Source of the DNA: Cyanophora paradoxa CCMP329
Taxonomy: Eukaryota; Plantae; Glaucophyta
Direction of reading: 5' to 3'
NCBI GenBank assembly: GCA_004431415.1
Contig: QPMI01000520.1
Span: forward strand, 1-64,000
DNA: 64,000 nucleotides
The position numbers and the translations under genes were made by a program. Below, one piece after another: positions 21,901 through 34,700 of this stretch. The first letter of the stretch is position 1. Each line of letters starts with the position of its first letter. The notes below the pieces were generated by a model, which worked only from the letters and a program-made list of their open reading frames with translations, searched no databases and was not told the DNA's origin.

Positions 21901-24900
21901 GGGGCGCCTCCTTGACGCCGCGTTCTCCGCCGCAGACGTGCGGGCCGAACGAGCACTCGCTGGACGGGGCGACGAGCTGCGAGCGCTGCGGCCCGGGAAC
22001 CGTCGCATCCGAGGACTTGAGCCGCTGTGCGCCCCGCCCCGAACGGCACGGGCCGGCGTGGCCGGCGCCCGGCTGGGCCGGCACGCTCTCACCGAGATCC
22101 GACCCGATCGCGGGGGCAGGCGTGGCGTGCAAAGCGGGGACGCTGGCGAACGGGACGACGGGGGTGTGCGACCGGTGCCCCCGGGGCCAGGTCTCGCCGG
22201 CGGGGGCCGAGGCGTGCGAAGCCTGCCCCGAGGGCCACGTTCCCGACACCGCCGGCGAGAAGTGCCTCGCCTGCGCACCCGGGTGCCCCCCCTGCTCCCG
22301 CGCCGCCCTAGGCCTGCTCCTCCCGCTTCCGCTCCTCACGCTCGGCCCCGCGTGCGCAGGCACTACAGGACGGCGGGGTGGGTGTGCGAGGCGTGCCCGG
22401 CGCCGAACATCTCGCGGCACGCGGCGGCCTCGAACTGCAGCGAGTGCCCCTTCAACGCCCTCCCCGACGACGCCCGCTCCGCCTGCGTCGCCTGCGAGGC
22501 CGGGTGCGCGCCCCGCCGCCGATCGCGAGGCCGAGGCCGTCGCCAAGCCCAGCCGAGCCGCGCCGCGCCGCATGCGCAGGTACTACCGGAGCCGGGACGC
22601 GGAGGGCAAGTACGTGTGCACGGCGTGCGAGGCCGGCACGTACCTCAACGTGACGGCCGGCGCCTGCGTGGCCTGCCCCGCCGGGTCGGTCTCGCCGAGG
22701 GCGGCGACGGAGTGCACGCCGTGCGCGCCGGGGAGCGCCCAGCAGGGCCCCTCGGAGTGCGAGCGCTGCCGGCCCAACACGGTCGCCGCGCGCTTCGGCT
22801 CGACGGAGTGCGAGCGCTGCCCCGCCGGCACCGTTAGCAACGAGCGCGGCACCCGCTGCACCGCCTGCCCCATGGGCTCCTTCCGCCCCGAGGGCCGCCC
22901 CGCCTGCGCCCCCTGGTGCAACCCCCCTCCCCCCCTCCCCCTGTCGGAGCGCCGCTCGCTGACGGGGGCCTGGTGGTCAGCCCGTACGGGACGCACGCGC
23001 CGGGCGAGGGGGCGTCGGAGTGCCAGGCGTGCGGGGCGGGCCAGCTCTGCGTGCTCGCCACCGTCGCCCCCATCGAGGACCCCTGGCTCCTCGCCGCCTT
23101 CGCCACCCCCACCCCCACCCCCGACCCCGACGCCGCCGCCGCCTCCTCCTCCCTCCTCCGCCGCGCCCTCTCCTCCTCCTCCTCGTCCTCCACGGCCGAC
23201 GCCGAGCCGACGCCGTCCGGGGACATGACGACGTCGACCTTCACGGGCGGCAGGACGACCGTCACGCTCTCCATGCCCGTGCGACCCGCCCGCCCCGCCC
23301 CGCCTCCACCTCGGCGTCCCCCGCCGGCGCGCTGAGGTCGCGGGCGCAGGCGACGGCGACGGAGGAGGCGAACAACCGGCGGCTGTACACGACGTTCCTC
23401 TACGTCGCCGTCGCCTTCGCCGGCTTCTCGCTCCTCGTCGGCGCCGCCATGTACGCCTTCGTGCACTGCGCGGGGCGCGCCGCCGTCCCCCGCCGCAAGC
23501 GCGCCCTCGCCCGCCTCGACCTCCTCTTCCGCGCCGACGAGCGCCGCCGCGTCTCGGGCGCCTTCTTCACAGCGTTCGGGGCCGGCCTCGCCGCCCTCGC
23601 CGCCGTTTACGTCTGGCTCCAGTTCTCCATCGTCCGCCCCGGCCCACTCCACCCGAGCCCGCCATCGAGCCGCCCCGCTCGGCCTGAGCGCGCGCACCCC
23701 GCCCCGCAGGCGAACTACCAGATCGTGACGAGCTTGAACCCGGGCTCGAGCCCCTCCGCCGCCGACATCCGCGGCTTCTGGCGTGCCCCTCGCATGCCAG
23801 AGCCCTGCGCGGTGCCTCACCGCGCTGCGCAGGAGAGCGGAGGTCGAGTTCACGGGCTACACGGGCCCGTGCTTCTCGGTGCCCCGCGCCCCGACAGTTC
23901 AACCGCCAGCGGGGCGGCCCCCTCGGGCTCACGGCTCACGCGGGCGCTCGGGCGCGCAGGCGAACACGACGGCGACGCTGCCCGACGGGCGGGTGCGTCT
24001 CCTTTGAGCTCTCGACGGAATCAGAGCGAGCGCCGACTCGGGCGCGGGGGCGCTGGGTCCGGCGGCAGGTGGCGACGGTGCAGGACGTGTTCGTGACGGC
24101 GGAGAACTTCGTGGTGGGGACGCAGGTCGTGGCGGCGAGCCACGGGGCGCTGGGGAACGCGTCGTGCCGGGTGGAGTGGCGCTGCAGCGATTGCCGCGTG
24201 GCGGCGACGACGGGCATCCGCGTCCTCTTCGCCCTCCGCACCCGCACCACCTACGCCCTCGCCCTCTCCTTCAACGTCTCCGTCCCCCACGCCGTCTCCG
24301 CCTGGGGCAACGTCTCCGTCACCGCCCCCTCCCGCGTCTTCCGCGGCTCCTCCCCCGCCGTCCTCCCCGCCTACCTCATCCGTGCGCCCCACGCCGCCCC
24401 GCCCCGCCGCCCCGCGGCGCGCTGAGGCGGGGGCAGCGATGCACTTCGAGAACAAGGACGACGGGCAGCCGCGCTACGCGGTGTCGGTGGCGAGCTACGA
24501 GAACGACGCGGCGGAGCGGACGGCGGAGGACTTCGACCTGTGCCCCCCTGACCGCCAGCTCGCCGTTTGCCCCGAGGAGACGGTCGCCTTTGCCGTCGCC
24601 TTCGAGGTCCAGCAGGTCGCCCCCGCCCCGCTCCGCAGGCCGCCGCCCGCGCTGACCCCGCCCCGCCGCCAGGTGTACCTGCTGGTGTCGCGGACGACGA
24701 TGCTCTCGGTGCTCTCGACGCTGGCGAACCTCGCCTCGCTGGTGGGGGCCGCCGTGGCCGGCGCCCGCTACCTCACCATCGGCTACGCCTTCTCCACCCG
24801 CCGCCTCGAGGCCCGCGGCCTCCGCATCGACGACGTCGCCGAGCCGCACGACGACGCGACCCAGCCCGACCCCGGCCCCCTCGACCCCGACCTCAAGCCC

Positions 24901-25350
24901 TCGGCCCCCCACAAGGCCCCCCCGCCTCTGGCCTCGGGCCTCGCGCACCGCGCCTCCGACGCGCGGCCGGCGCCCCGCGCCGCCCGAGCCGCCGGCACCC
25001 CGCCGCCGCCGCCGCCCCCCGCCCCGCCGGTTTACGCGCCGGCTCGCCCGCCGGGGCCGGGGCGCGGGCGGGGCGGGAGCGAGGCAGGGCCGGGAGGGGG
25101 CCGGCGGGCGGCGGGCCTGGAGGAGGTCGACGTGCACATCCTCGAGCCGGCCCCGCGCGCCACGCCCCGCGCCGCCGCCTCCGGCCGTGCCCCCGCGCCC
25201 GCGCCCTTTGCGGACGCCGCGCCCGACCCCGCCACGCACGCGGCCGCGGATCCCGGGCCGCCGGCGCCGGCCGCGAGGGCCGGGGCCCCCGCCGCCCGCT
25301 ACGCCGCCCTCTCCCCCTTCTGGAGCTCCTCCGGCGATGGCCAGCGATAG
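18916..25350 (+). CDS. Large secreted/membrane protein with many Cys-rich (GCC2/GCC3, ephrin-receptor-like) repeats and three C-terminal TM segments
   Basis: Hydrophobic leader (ALAALVLLAIAV), repeated CxxCPxGxY/F...C units from 21160 to 23050 (CKPCPAGRA, CEPCGTGAFS, CTACEAGTY, CERCPAGTVS), TM segments near 23390, 23560 and 24700, Pro/Ala tail, stop TAG at 25348-25350. Confidence 0.8.
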
Positions 25351-26037
25351 GAGCCCGGAATTAGAACACACTGCAATTCGAAAGAGCTGCATCAAACAAT
25401 TAGTGGGGAAGGGAAAAACACTTCCCCTGTCACTCTCCTTCGGGCCGCGGTCGCACATGCATGATTCTGTTCTCGTTCCACCCCGGTCGCTCATCCTAGC
25501 TTACCGGAACATAGCCCAGTGGAACATATTTTCGGACGCGACCCGGATTTCCTGGAACATGTTTTCGGCCCCGGGCCCCCTCTAGCTAGGGGCATGCCTT
25601 GCTAGGCCCGAGGCCTCATGATCAGGATCCGGTGAGGAACGAACCCCTACTTTTTGGAAGTCGACGTCGGGACATTTCGTTTTGGCCCAGGCCTAGCTAT
25701 AGTGTGCACGTACGCGTGGGCATCCGGATCCGGACAACCCCAAGTACTAGTGGAGGATCCGGAAGGGGAAGGAGGTCCTTCGAATTCCCCGATCATCGGA
25801 TCCGGATATATGCTCTTTCAAACCCAATCACACAGCTTGACAATACGGATACTGTACAACAGAAGGCAGTACAAGTGCTGACTCCTGCGTCTGCGCATGT
25901 AGTGCAGGGATCAAAAGCTTTTTGAGGGGCCGGCCCCAAGAAACAGACCGTCTCACTGAGTCATGATCACACATTGACCATAAGAATCGGAAATTTAAAT
26001 ACAAAGAAAACGCCTCAGTGAAATGAAAGATCCGTGA

Positions 26038-29000
26038 TCAGCTACCGGTGCGGGGGGAGGGAGCGATGCGGGGCGCGGAGGCGCGGACGGCAGCGGCTGC
26101 GGCTGCGGGCGCCTTCAAAGAGGAGAGCACCGCGGCAGGCGCCCCGCCGGCCTTCGAATTCTGCGGCAGCTCGATGGCGGGGGCCGCCGCGGCGACCGCG
26201 GGGAGCGGGGAGCTGCAGCTGGGAGCAGGCGCGGCCTCCGGGGCCGGAACCGGGGCCAGGGCCGGCGCCGGCTCTGGGGCGGGGCCTGCAGCTGCCTCCG
26301 GGTGCGATGCTAGCGAACTTGGAGCTTCGGCGGCGGCGGGGGCGGCGGCAGGCGGCTCCCGCATGTGCAGGCCTAGAAGCGCTAGCGGTGCGGCGGCCTC
26401 GGGTGCCTTCTCCGGGGCGACGCCGGTGCCCGACCCGGAGCTCGAGGCGGCCTCGGGGGCAGAGGCGGGGGCGGCCGCGGGGGCGGCCTCCGCCGCCGGG
26501 GCCGGCTTGGGCTCCTTGGGGTTCGGGGGGCACCAGTAGAGGTTCCGCGTGCTCACCCCGTGTTCCCCCTGCCGCCCCCCCACTCAGCGCCAAAGAGAAG
26601 GGGGGGGCGGGGCGAGGGGCGGGGCGGCCGCGGGCCTCGAGGATGTGGCGGAGCTGGCCCGCGCAGTGGTTCCAGTACTCCCTGTCCTCGTGCATGCGGT
26701 CGGGGTTCCACTCGACGCCGTAGTGCCGCACGCCCTCGATGCCCCCGAACTCGTTGCCCTGCGCGTGGAAGAGCAGCAGCTTGAAGGGCCGGCCCCCCAT
26801 CTTCCACCGCATCTGCCCCCGCCCCCCTCGAGTGAGGCGCGAGGCGGCCGGCAAGGGGGAAGGGGCGGACCTTGCCGACGAAGTCCTCGACCTCGCCGCG
26901 GCTGGCGTGGCCCGTGCGGAGGAAGAGGACCTCGCCGGCCGCCCCGCACACGTGCCGGAACCGCCGCGCCCGCGAGGCGTACCGGCTCTTCATCCGCTGC
27001 GCGAGCCCCGAGGGGCCGAGTCAAGCTTCAAAGCGACGGAGGATGAGCGGGGCCGGCCGGCCGGGGGGAGGGAGGGAGGGGGGGGGAAGGGGGGGCGAGG
27101 CGGGGGGGGGGGGGGGGAAGTGGGGGAGGTGCGAGGGGGGAAATTAAGCACCTCGAGGATGGGCCAGACGTTGCCCACGGGGTCCTCCCCGTCCTCCACC
27201 TCGTGGGCGAAGGAGAGGCCCCCCCAGCGGCGGTGCCGCAGGCGCCCCTCCTCCCCGCTGTACCACAGCTGCTCCGCGTTCCACATCTCCCTGCGGGGCG
27301 GGGCTCGCGATCTCGCGCGGGGGCGGGGGGGGGGCTCGCCGGGGGCGCGCCGCACCCGAAGTCGCTGGCAACGATGTCGGCGACGTCGGAGAGGCGCTCC
27401 GTGCGCGTCAGGTCGAACGGGAAGCACGGCCCGTCCAGCCCCAGCTTGTACAGCAGCATCCGGATCGCGCAGCGGTGGCCCAGCGGCACCAGCGCCACCC
27501 GCCTGCGCGCCCCCGGCTCGCTCGCGGGGGGATGCGGGGTGGGTGGCGCCGGCCGCGGGGCCCTCGCACCGGCGGGAGGGGAGGGGCCCTGCGTAGCGGA
27601 GGAGGAGGCTGGAGCGCGGGGGCACCTTGACGCGCGACTCGAGGCCGCCCGGGCCCACGAAGAGCGTCTGAAAAGCTGGCACCGCGTCCCCGGCCCCCTG
27701 CGCCGCCAGCGCCCAGGCGGGGTCAGGAGGAGGGCGGCGGGGGCGGCCGGCGCCGGCGGCTCCCGCCCTAAGAGGTGGGAGCTGAGGGCGAGCCGGGGCG
27801 GGGCGGGGGCGCACGGCGGGTTCGTAGACGCCCGCGGGGGCGGCCTTGAGGGCGTCGCGGAGCTCGGCCCACATGGGGTGCGCGTTGTACTCCTCGCCGG
27901 ACTCGTTCGTGAGGCGGAGGGCGACGCCGGGGTAGCCGTCGCCGAGGGGCGAGGGGGCGTCCGGCACGAGCAGCACGCCCAGCGCCCCGTCGTAGAAGAG
28001 CACCTGCCGGCCCCGCGCCCCGCCCCGCGTCAGCTTGAGTTTCAGCGGTCGCGAGGGGAGGGGGCGGGGGGCCGGCGCGCCTGGGAGGCGCCGGGGGCGA
28101 AGAGGCCGGTCAGCGGCTCGAACTGCACCTCCGCCCCGGGCGCCACCTGAGCGGATTCGAGGGTCGGGGGATCAGAGGAGAGGGAGGGGGGGAGAAGGGC
28201 GGGGGGGGGAGGAGGGGGGGGCGGGACCTCGAGGGGGGAGGGGACGGAGCCGTCGGGCTCGACGAAGAGGGACCCCGCGTCGCTCCCCGCGAGCTGCGTG
28301 GCGGGGTCGGCGCTCGAGGCGGAGGCGGGGGCGGGCGGGGCGCACGGAGGTGGAGGAGGCGGAGGTGGCGAGGTAGAGCCCCGAGGGCACCCGCTGCCCC
28401 CGCCCCGCCCCCTCAGCCCCGCCCTGCCAGCGCGGCGGGGCGGGGCGGGGCGGGGCGGGGATCCGGACGCACCCCGCCGAGGCCCGAGCGGAGGGCCGCC
28501 TGCAGGTTGCCCCACGAGGGGCTCACCTGCCGCCCCACCCCCTCAGCCCGAGCCCGCGCGCCCCCGGCGCTTTCGCCGGCGCGGCCCTCGCACCTTGTAC
28601 GGGTGCTCCGAGGCGTTGCGGAGGACGATGCGCGCCGCTGCCGTCGACCCCGCCGCCGCCGCGACCCGGAAGCCTGCCGCGAGGTCAGTGCTAGCGCTGG
28701 GTGGCGCGCCGCTCGCGCCGCGTCCGGCGGCCGGCGGCCCAGGGGGCGAGCGGGCGGACCGTTGGCGTCCTCGAAGACGGTGGCGGCGGCGCCCTCGCTC
28801 CCGCCGGGGCCCCGCTGGAGCCGGCGTGGGGGGCCCCGGCGGCGGCGGCGCGGAGGCGCGCCGGTTCGAAGATGGCGAGGTCGACGGCGCGGAACATCGC
28901 CTCGTGGCCCGCCCCGTTCGGGTGCGCCGCGTCGAACGAGAGGCCCGCCTTCCAGCGGCCGGCGCCGTCGTCGAGGGCGGGGAGCCAGTTCTGCGGGGCG

Positions 29001-30653
29001 GGGCGGGGCGGCCCTCGCGTGAGCCCTCCCGCCGGGCCCCGCGGGGCGGCGAGGGGCGGCGGGGGCGCACGAGCACGGGGACGCCCAGGCGCAGCATCGC
29101 CTCGTGGGACTGCCGCCCCGCGTCAGATCGCCCCCGGCCCGGCGGGGCGAGAGGAGGCGGCAGGCGGGCCTGGCGGAGGAAGTGGGCGTGCTCGGGCCCG
29201 TAGTCGCCGTGGGGGTACACCCCGCCCAGCACGGGCGCGGCGCGGATCTCGCGGGCGATGGCGACGAGCTTGGCGATGCCGGCGTCGAAGGCGCGGGCGG
29301 CGAGGGCGCGCTGGTGCGGCGCGCAGTGCGCCAGGCCCTCGTTGCCCAGCGAGAGGGCCACGATCACCGCGTCCGGCCGCAGCGGCGCCACCTGCCCGTG
29401 CCCGGCGGCGTCAGCGCGGCGGGGGTGCACGAGGGGCGGCTCTGCTCGCCTCGCTGGGGAAACGCTCCACCGTGCGGGCGACGTTGGCGCCTGCGATCGC
29501 GAAGAATGAGCGGCGGGGGGCAGGGGGCCGGGCCCGGGGGGGGGGGAGGGGAGTTGGAGGGGGGGGGGGGGTCGGCCGGGTACCGGGCTCGGAGACGTTG
29601 AGGACGACGTGGCCGCCGGGCCGGAGGGCCTCCGCGAGCTGGTGCGCCCAGCCCCTGCCCCGGGGCGTCAGCGGCCGGAGGGGGTACGGCGTCGAAGAGA
29701 AGGGGGTACCGGTGCAGCCAGGTCGCGTGGCCGGCAGCGACGCTCGAGCCGATGATCACGATCTGTTGCCCGGGCGGGTACGTCGGCATTCGAAGGAATA
29801 GAGGGGCGGGGTGCCCTCACCTTGAGCGCCCCGGGGGCGGGGCTCGGGATGGGGATCGGCAGGGGGACGGAGGAGGACTCGCCGTCCCGCCAGCCGCGCG
29901 GGCACGGCTGCGGGTGCGCGTCAACTTGAAGCGGGCAGACCATGATCAAATTCTGGAATCGCAATATTAATCGGACCTGCACATAGCCGAACTCGCCGTC
30001 GTCGACGGTGATGTCACCCGGCTCGGCGGGGACCCAGCTGCGCGCGCCGATGCTCGAATGTTGGTCCTGGCGGGGAGGCTTCGAGCTTCTCCGTCGGGGG
30101 CAGCTGCAGGCGGACGCGGGCGCACCGGTTTGGCCCGCCGTCGCGCTCCCAGCAGACCACGCCCCCCGCCTCGTTCACCTTTATGTACTTGTACTCCACC
30201 CGCTCTGCCCCGGCCCCCAGGCTCGAGCCCCCGCGGGGGAAGCTTTTTAAGGGGGGGAGGGCCGCACCGGCGACGGAGACCTTGTCGGGCAGGGACCAGT
30301 ACGGGTACGTGTCCGCGCGGGTCGCCAGGCGGAGCGCCCGCGAAGCGTCCCTGAGCGAGACGCGAACCCGCGGGTCAGCTCACCCCGGCCTGCAGCTGGC
30401 AGCGCAGCTCGCGGTCGCAAAAAGTGGTCCGGGCGGGGCGCACCAGGCGCCGAGGGCGGGCGACGAGCCGACGAGCGCGATGCACTCGCCGACGGTCGTG
30501 TGCGCGCGGACGGCAAACGTGTAGCGGCCCTGCGAGGCGGGGCGCATTAGAATGCTCCCGCGGGCGCCGGCCGCGGCGGGCCGCGGCGCCGGCCGCCGGC
30601 CGGCCGCCGGCGCGCAAATCTGCACAGAGCCCGCGCACCATTGGCGAGGACAT
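26038..30653 (-). CDS. CBM20 starch-binding + SGNH/GDSL hydrolase + DUF1796-like (putative papain-like) fusion protein
   Basis: CBM20: YTFAVRAHTTVGECIALVGSSPALGAW..YPYW..VEYKYI..WE..PNR. SGNH blocks: IVIIGSSV, SLGNEG, DAAHPN. C-terminal VPLGHRCAIRMLLYKL..PCFPFDLTRT..SFAHE..LFLRTG. Confidence 0.82.
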
Positions 30654-31762
30654 CGCCTAGGCCTCGGGAAGAAGGGATACCAGAGGCTGCGCGCCGGTGC
30701 GCTCAGAAACCGTGGCCCCGGCACGCGCACGCTTGCGCGCTTCGAATTCTAGATCTTTAAATTTGGACGGCGCGCGAGAGACCTCTTTCATTCTCTATTC
30801 TGGCATTATGCCTGCACCTTTCGAGAAAGCGCGACTCCGCCGTAAATGAGCGCAAACGGCGGCGGCCGCGAGCGCGCGCGAAGGGTCTTGGGCGCCGGCC
30901 GCGGCTAGCGCTAGCGCTGGCGCAGCTCCGAATCTTTGACGGCTGCGTGCTGCAGCTGTGCAATACCCTTCACTCAACGGTTTCTAACTTGCGCGCAGAC
31001 CCGCCGGTCCGCAGTCCCAAGCGCGCGCGCGCCCGAGCTAGCGCTTTGACCACTGCAGCTGCCGGCCGCCGTGCACGTGCGCTACGTTTACGCGCTGCTT
31101 GCGCTGGATGCCTCGCTGGGAGCCGCTGCTGGGACGGACTCTGGAGAGCCCAGACGGACTACCAGCCGAGATGCATGATGCTCTGAGCGCATCTCGGTTC
31201 TGATTCGGTACCCCGGTGTAGCTCATCCCGCCGTCAGGGGTACGAGGCCTCGGCTGGTGAAAACGCTTGATCTGGAGGCCCGTCGATATAGAAAGCGCTC
31301 TCCGTGCGCCGCGTGCTGCGCAGTGCATACAGATCGTCCAGCTGGCGGCCACGCCAAGCTAGACGGGCCTCGGAGTTTTGCCACGTCGACCGCGGACAGC
31401 GCCGGCGCGGCGGGAAGCGAGTAGACAGAAGCCAGCTGAAGCTGTATGAGCGCAGACGGCGGACGGGCGCTCGCCGCGCAGCGGCCCTAGCAGCGAATTC
31501 GACCAGTTCCGATCCGCCCGCGGCCACGGTGCTCAGCAACTGCAGCCGCAGCGTGCCGTCGGGCGCATCCGCCCGGCGCCTTCGCTTTTCTGAGCTCTTA
31601 GGATGAAGAGCCCCCCGCACGCTCTTGAGGTTTGACTGGTACCGCGGCCGCTGAACCGGTGCGTGGCCGGTGCTGCAGCTGTTGCATACGCATGCAATAG
31701 TACTCGTCTGACACCGTGCTGAGTCGCTGCTGACCCGCGCGCGTGCAGGTCACCTCGGCTCC

Positions 31763-34700
31763 ATGCGGCGGCCGCGCATGCGCAACGGCGTGGCGCCGGC
31801 GTACGCGTGCGGCGCCGAAGCCGCAGGGCCGGCTGCAGCTGCAGGCCGCGCGGAAGCGTCGAAGCCGACTCCGGGGAGCCGCCCACAGCGGCGCTGGCCG
31901 GCGTCGGGGCGCGGGACGGGAGCTCGAGTACGAGTCACGGGTAGGGCGGCACGCGCCCTCGTCGTGGCGCTCGCGGCCGCGCTGCTCGCCCTCGCCCTCC
32001 CCGCCGCCCCCGCCGCCTGTCAGCGCCCCCCGCCCCCCGCCCCCCGCCAGGCCCTGTGCCGCCCCCGCCCCCTCACGCGCCGCCGCCAGCCGTCTCGATC
32101 TCGCCGCTGCCGGTGCCGAGCCCGCTGGGCGCCCCGGAGTACGTCTTCACGACGGGGGCGCTGGCGGGGGCGGGGCCGGAGGGGCGGGTGGAGGCGGCGG
32201 GGGCGCTCGTCCCGTCCGGCGCCTCGGCGGTCTTCGCCCTCGTCGGGGGCCTCGCGCGCAACAACTCGGCCGCCTACGACGACGTCTGGCTCTTCAAGCT
32301 CGGCGCGCCCCGCCCCCCGCTTCGCGGCCGCCCGCCTGACGGGCCGGGGGCGCGGGCGGCAGAGACGGGCGCGTGGGCGGAGGCGCCGGCGCCGGCGACC
32401 GCCCCGACGCGAGTGCACGCCCACGCCTGCGGGTACGACGAGATCCGCAACGGCGTCTACTGCGCGGGTACCCCCGTGCCCCCGCCCCCTCCCCCCACTC
32501 CCCCCTGCTGACGCCGGGGCCAGGCGGCATCGACGGGACCAACGGGGGCTACAGCGACCTCTTCTGGTTCTTCCCCGTGCGCGCCCCCCGGGCCCGGGGC
32601 GGGGCCCTGCGGCGGGGGAGCTCGGCGAGGGGCCGCCCCGCAGGCGGACTTCTCGACGCGGGAGGATCTGGCGCCCATGCTCGTCCCCGCTCCAGCTTCA
32701 GCGCGCCCCGCCCCGCCCCGCCACCCCCCCCCCCCCCCCCCCCCCCCCGGGGGCCCGCGCCCCTCACGCCCGCCCCAGCCCTCACCGTCTACCGCGGCGA
32801 CGTCTGGGCGAGCACGACCCTCGCCTACCCCCTCCTTCCCCCCTTCCTTCCCGCCGGCTCATCGCGCCCCCCTGCAGATCGCGGCCGGCATCGCGACCGA
32901 GATCTACGCCAACAGCGTCCACCGGTGCGCCCGTACCCCCCACGTCACCTCCCTTCCCAGCTGGAGGGCGCGGGGCGCAGGTGGAGCAGGGGGACGGGGT
33001 GGTCGGTGGAGGTGGCGCAGGGGGCCTCGGAGTGGGCGCCCCGCTCCTTCGCCCCCTCGGCCCGCCTCGGCGCGAGGTGGTACATCGCGGGGGGCGAGCT
33101 CGACTTCACCGTAGCGCCCCCGCGCGACATCGAGGTCTAGTGCGACCCGCCCCCAGCCCCCGCCCGCCCCCGCCCCGCGCCCCCTTCCGGCCCCGCGCGA
33201 GCCGCGCGGGGCGGCAGCGAGGTGGACCTGAACGTGACGACGGGGCCGACGGAGACGCCCCCGCCGGGGCGGCCGCGCCTCGTGGGCGGCCTCCCCTTCC
33301 CGAGCTTCCTCGCCTCCGCCGCCGGCAACGTGCTCGGGGCCTGCGGCGGCAGCCTGCTCCTCACCGGCCCCTCCATCTACCCGCTCCTCCTCGACCCGAT
33401 CTGTGCCGCCCGCCCCCCTCCGCCCCGCCCCGCCTCCCCTCACGCGCGGCAGCGCTCGCGGTGCTCGCCAACGAAACCAACGCGAACTACGAGGGTTCGA
33501 GCCCCGGCCTCGCCCCGCCCCGGCCTCCCGCCCCGGCCCGGCGTCACGGCCCATCCCCGCAGGGACCGACCCCGCCCTCTCGACGCTTGTCACGCGCCCC
33601 GCCTACGGCTACGACGCCGCCTCCTGCACCATGTGCGCCCCGTCGCCCCTCCCGGGCCTTTCCTCCCCCCTCCCCTCAGGGTCGTGTACCCTTACGCGTA
33701 CCCCCTCCCCTCAGGGTCGCTGCGATGGGATCGGACAGCGACGCGGCCTACAAGCTCGTCGGTCCGGCCCCGTGCCCCTCGTGCCGCCCCCGCCTTCCCC
33801 GATGATGACCCCTCTCGGTCCGCAGCCCGCAAAGTCACGCCGACGCCCAGCCCCTCCCCTTCCCCGTCCCCGTCCGCCACTCCCTCCCCGTCCCCGACCT
33901 CGTCCCCGTCGCCCTCCCCCTCGGAGGCCCCGTCCCGTGCGCAGTTCCGGCCTGAGAGGCCCGCGCTTTGGGCCGCCTGACACCCCCGCAGCAACCCCGA
34001 GCCCCTCCGCCACCCCATCCCCGAGCCCCCAGCCGACCCCCGCCCCCTCCGCCCCGTTCCCCGACCTCCGTGCGCCCCCTTCTGCCCCCTGCCCTTATCA
34101 CACGGCTGACCTCCTTCGCCAGTCCGCTTCCCCTCCTACGAGGTGCTGTACCCCACAGTGGACTCGATCCTCGTTGCCGGGAGCCCGTACCCCCTCTCTT
34201 GGTCGTCCAACATGACCCTGTACCCCTCCGCTACCGTCCGCTTCGGGCCCGACGGCGGACCCGACTCTTCCTTCCTGGTACCCCCGGCCCTTTCCCGCCT
34301 CCCCCACCTTTTCTTCTCGCCTCACCTCTGTCGGCAGACGGCGTGCAACGGGGCCAATGTGGGGGCGTGTCGCTTCACTCCCCCCTCGGGCCTCGCCCCC
34401 GGCACGTACCGCGTGTCCGTCAACCTCTCCGGCCCCTCCGCCGCCCCCCGGGCGTTCCTCTCGGCCCCATTCCGCCTCGCTTCCCCCCCCGGCTCCGCCG
34501 CCCTCGCCCCCTCCGTCTCCCTCCACCTGCCCCCCGCCGACGAGGCACGCCTCATCCCCCCCTTCTCTTTGTTTCAGGCCCCGGCCCCCCGCCGACGCGT
34601 CCCCCGCAGGGCCTGTACATCGGGGGCACGCTCTCCGTCAGCTGGGAGACGGCGGGGATCGCCCCGCCGCACCGCGCGGCCCTCTCCCTCTCTCCCGTGG

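Noticed and set aside
31038-31620. Possible small minus-strand gene between the CBM20 gene and the giant gene
   Set aside because: I could not build a consistent exon chain or recognise homology.
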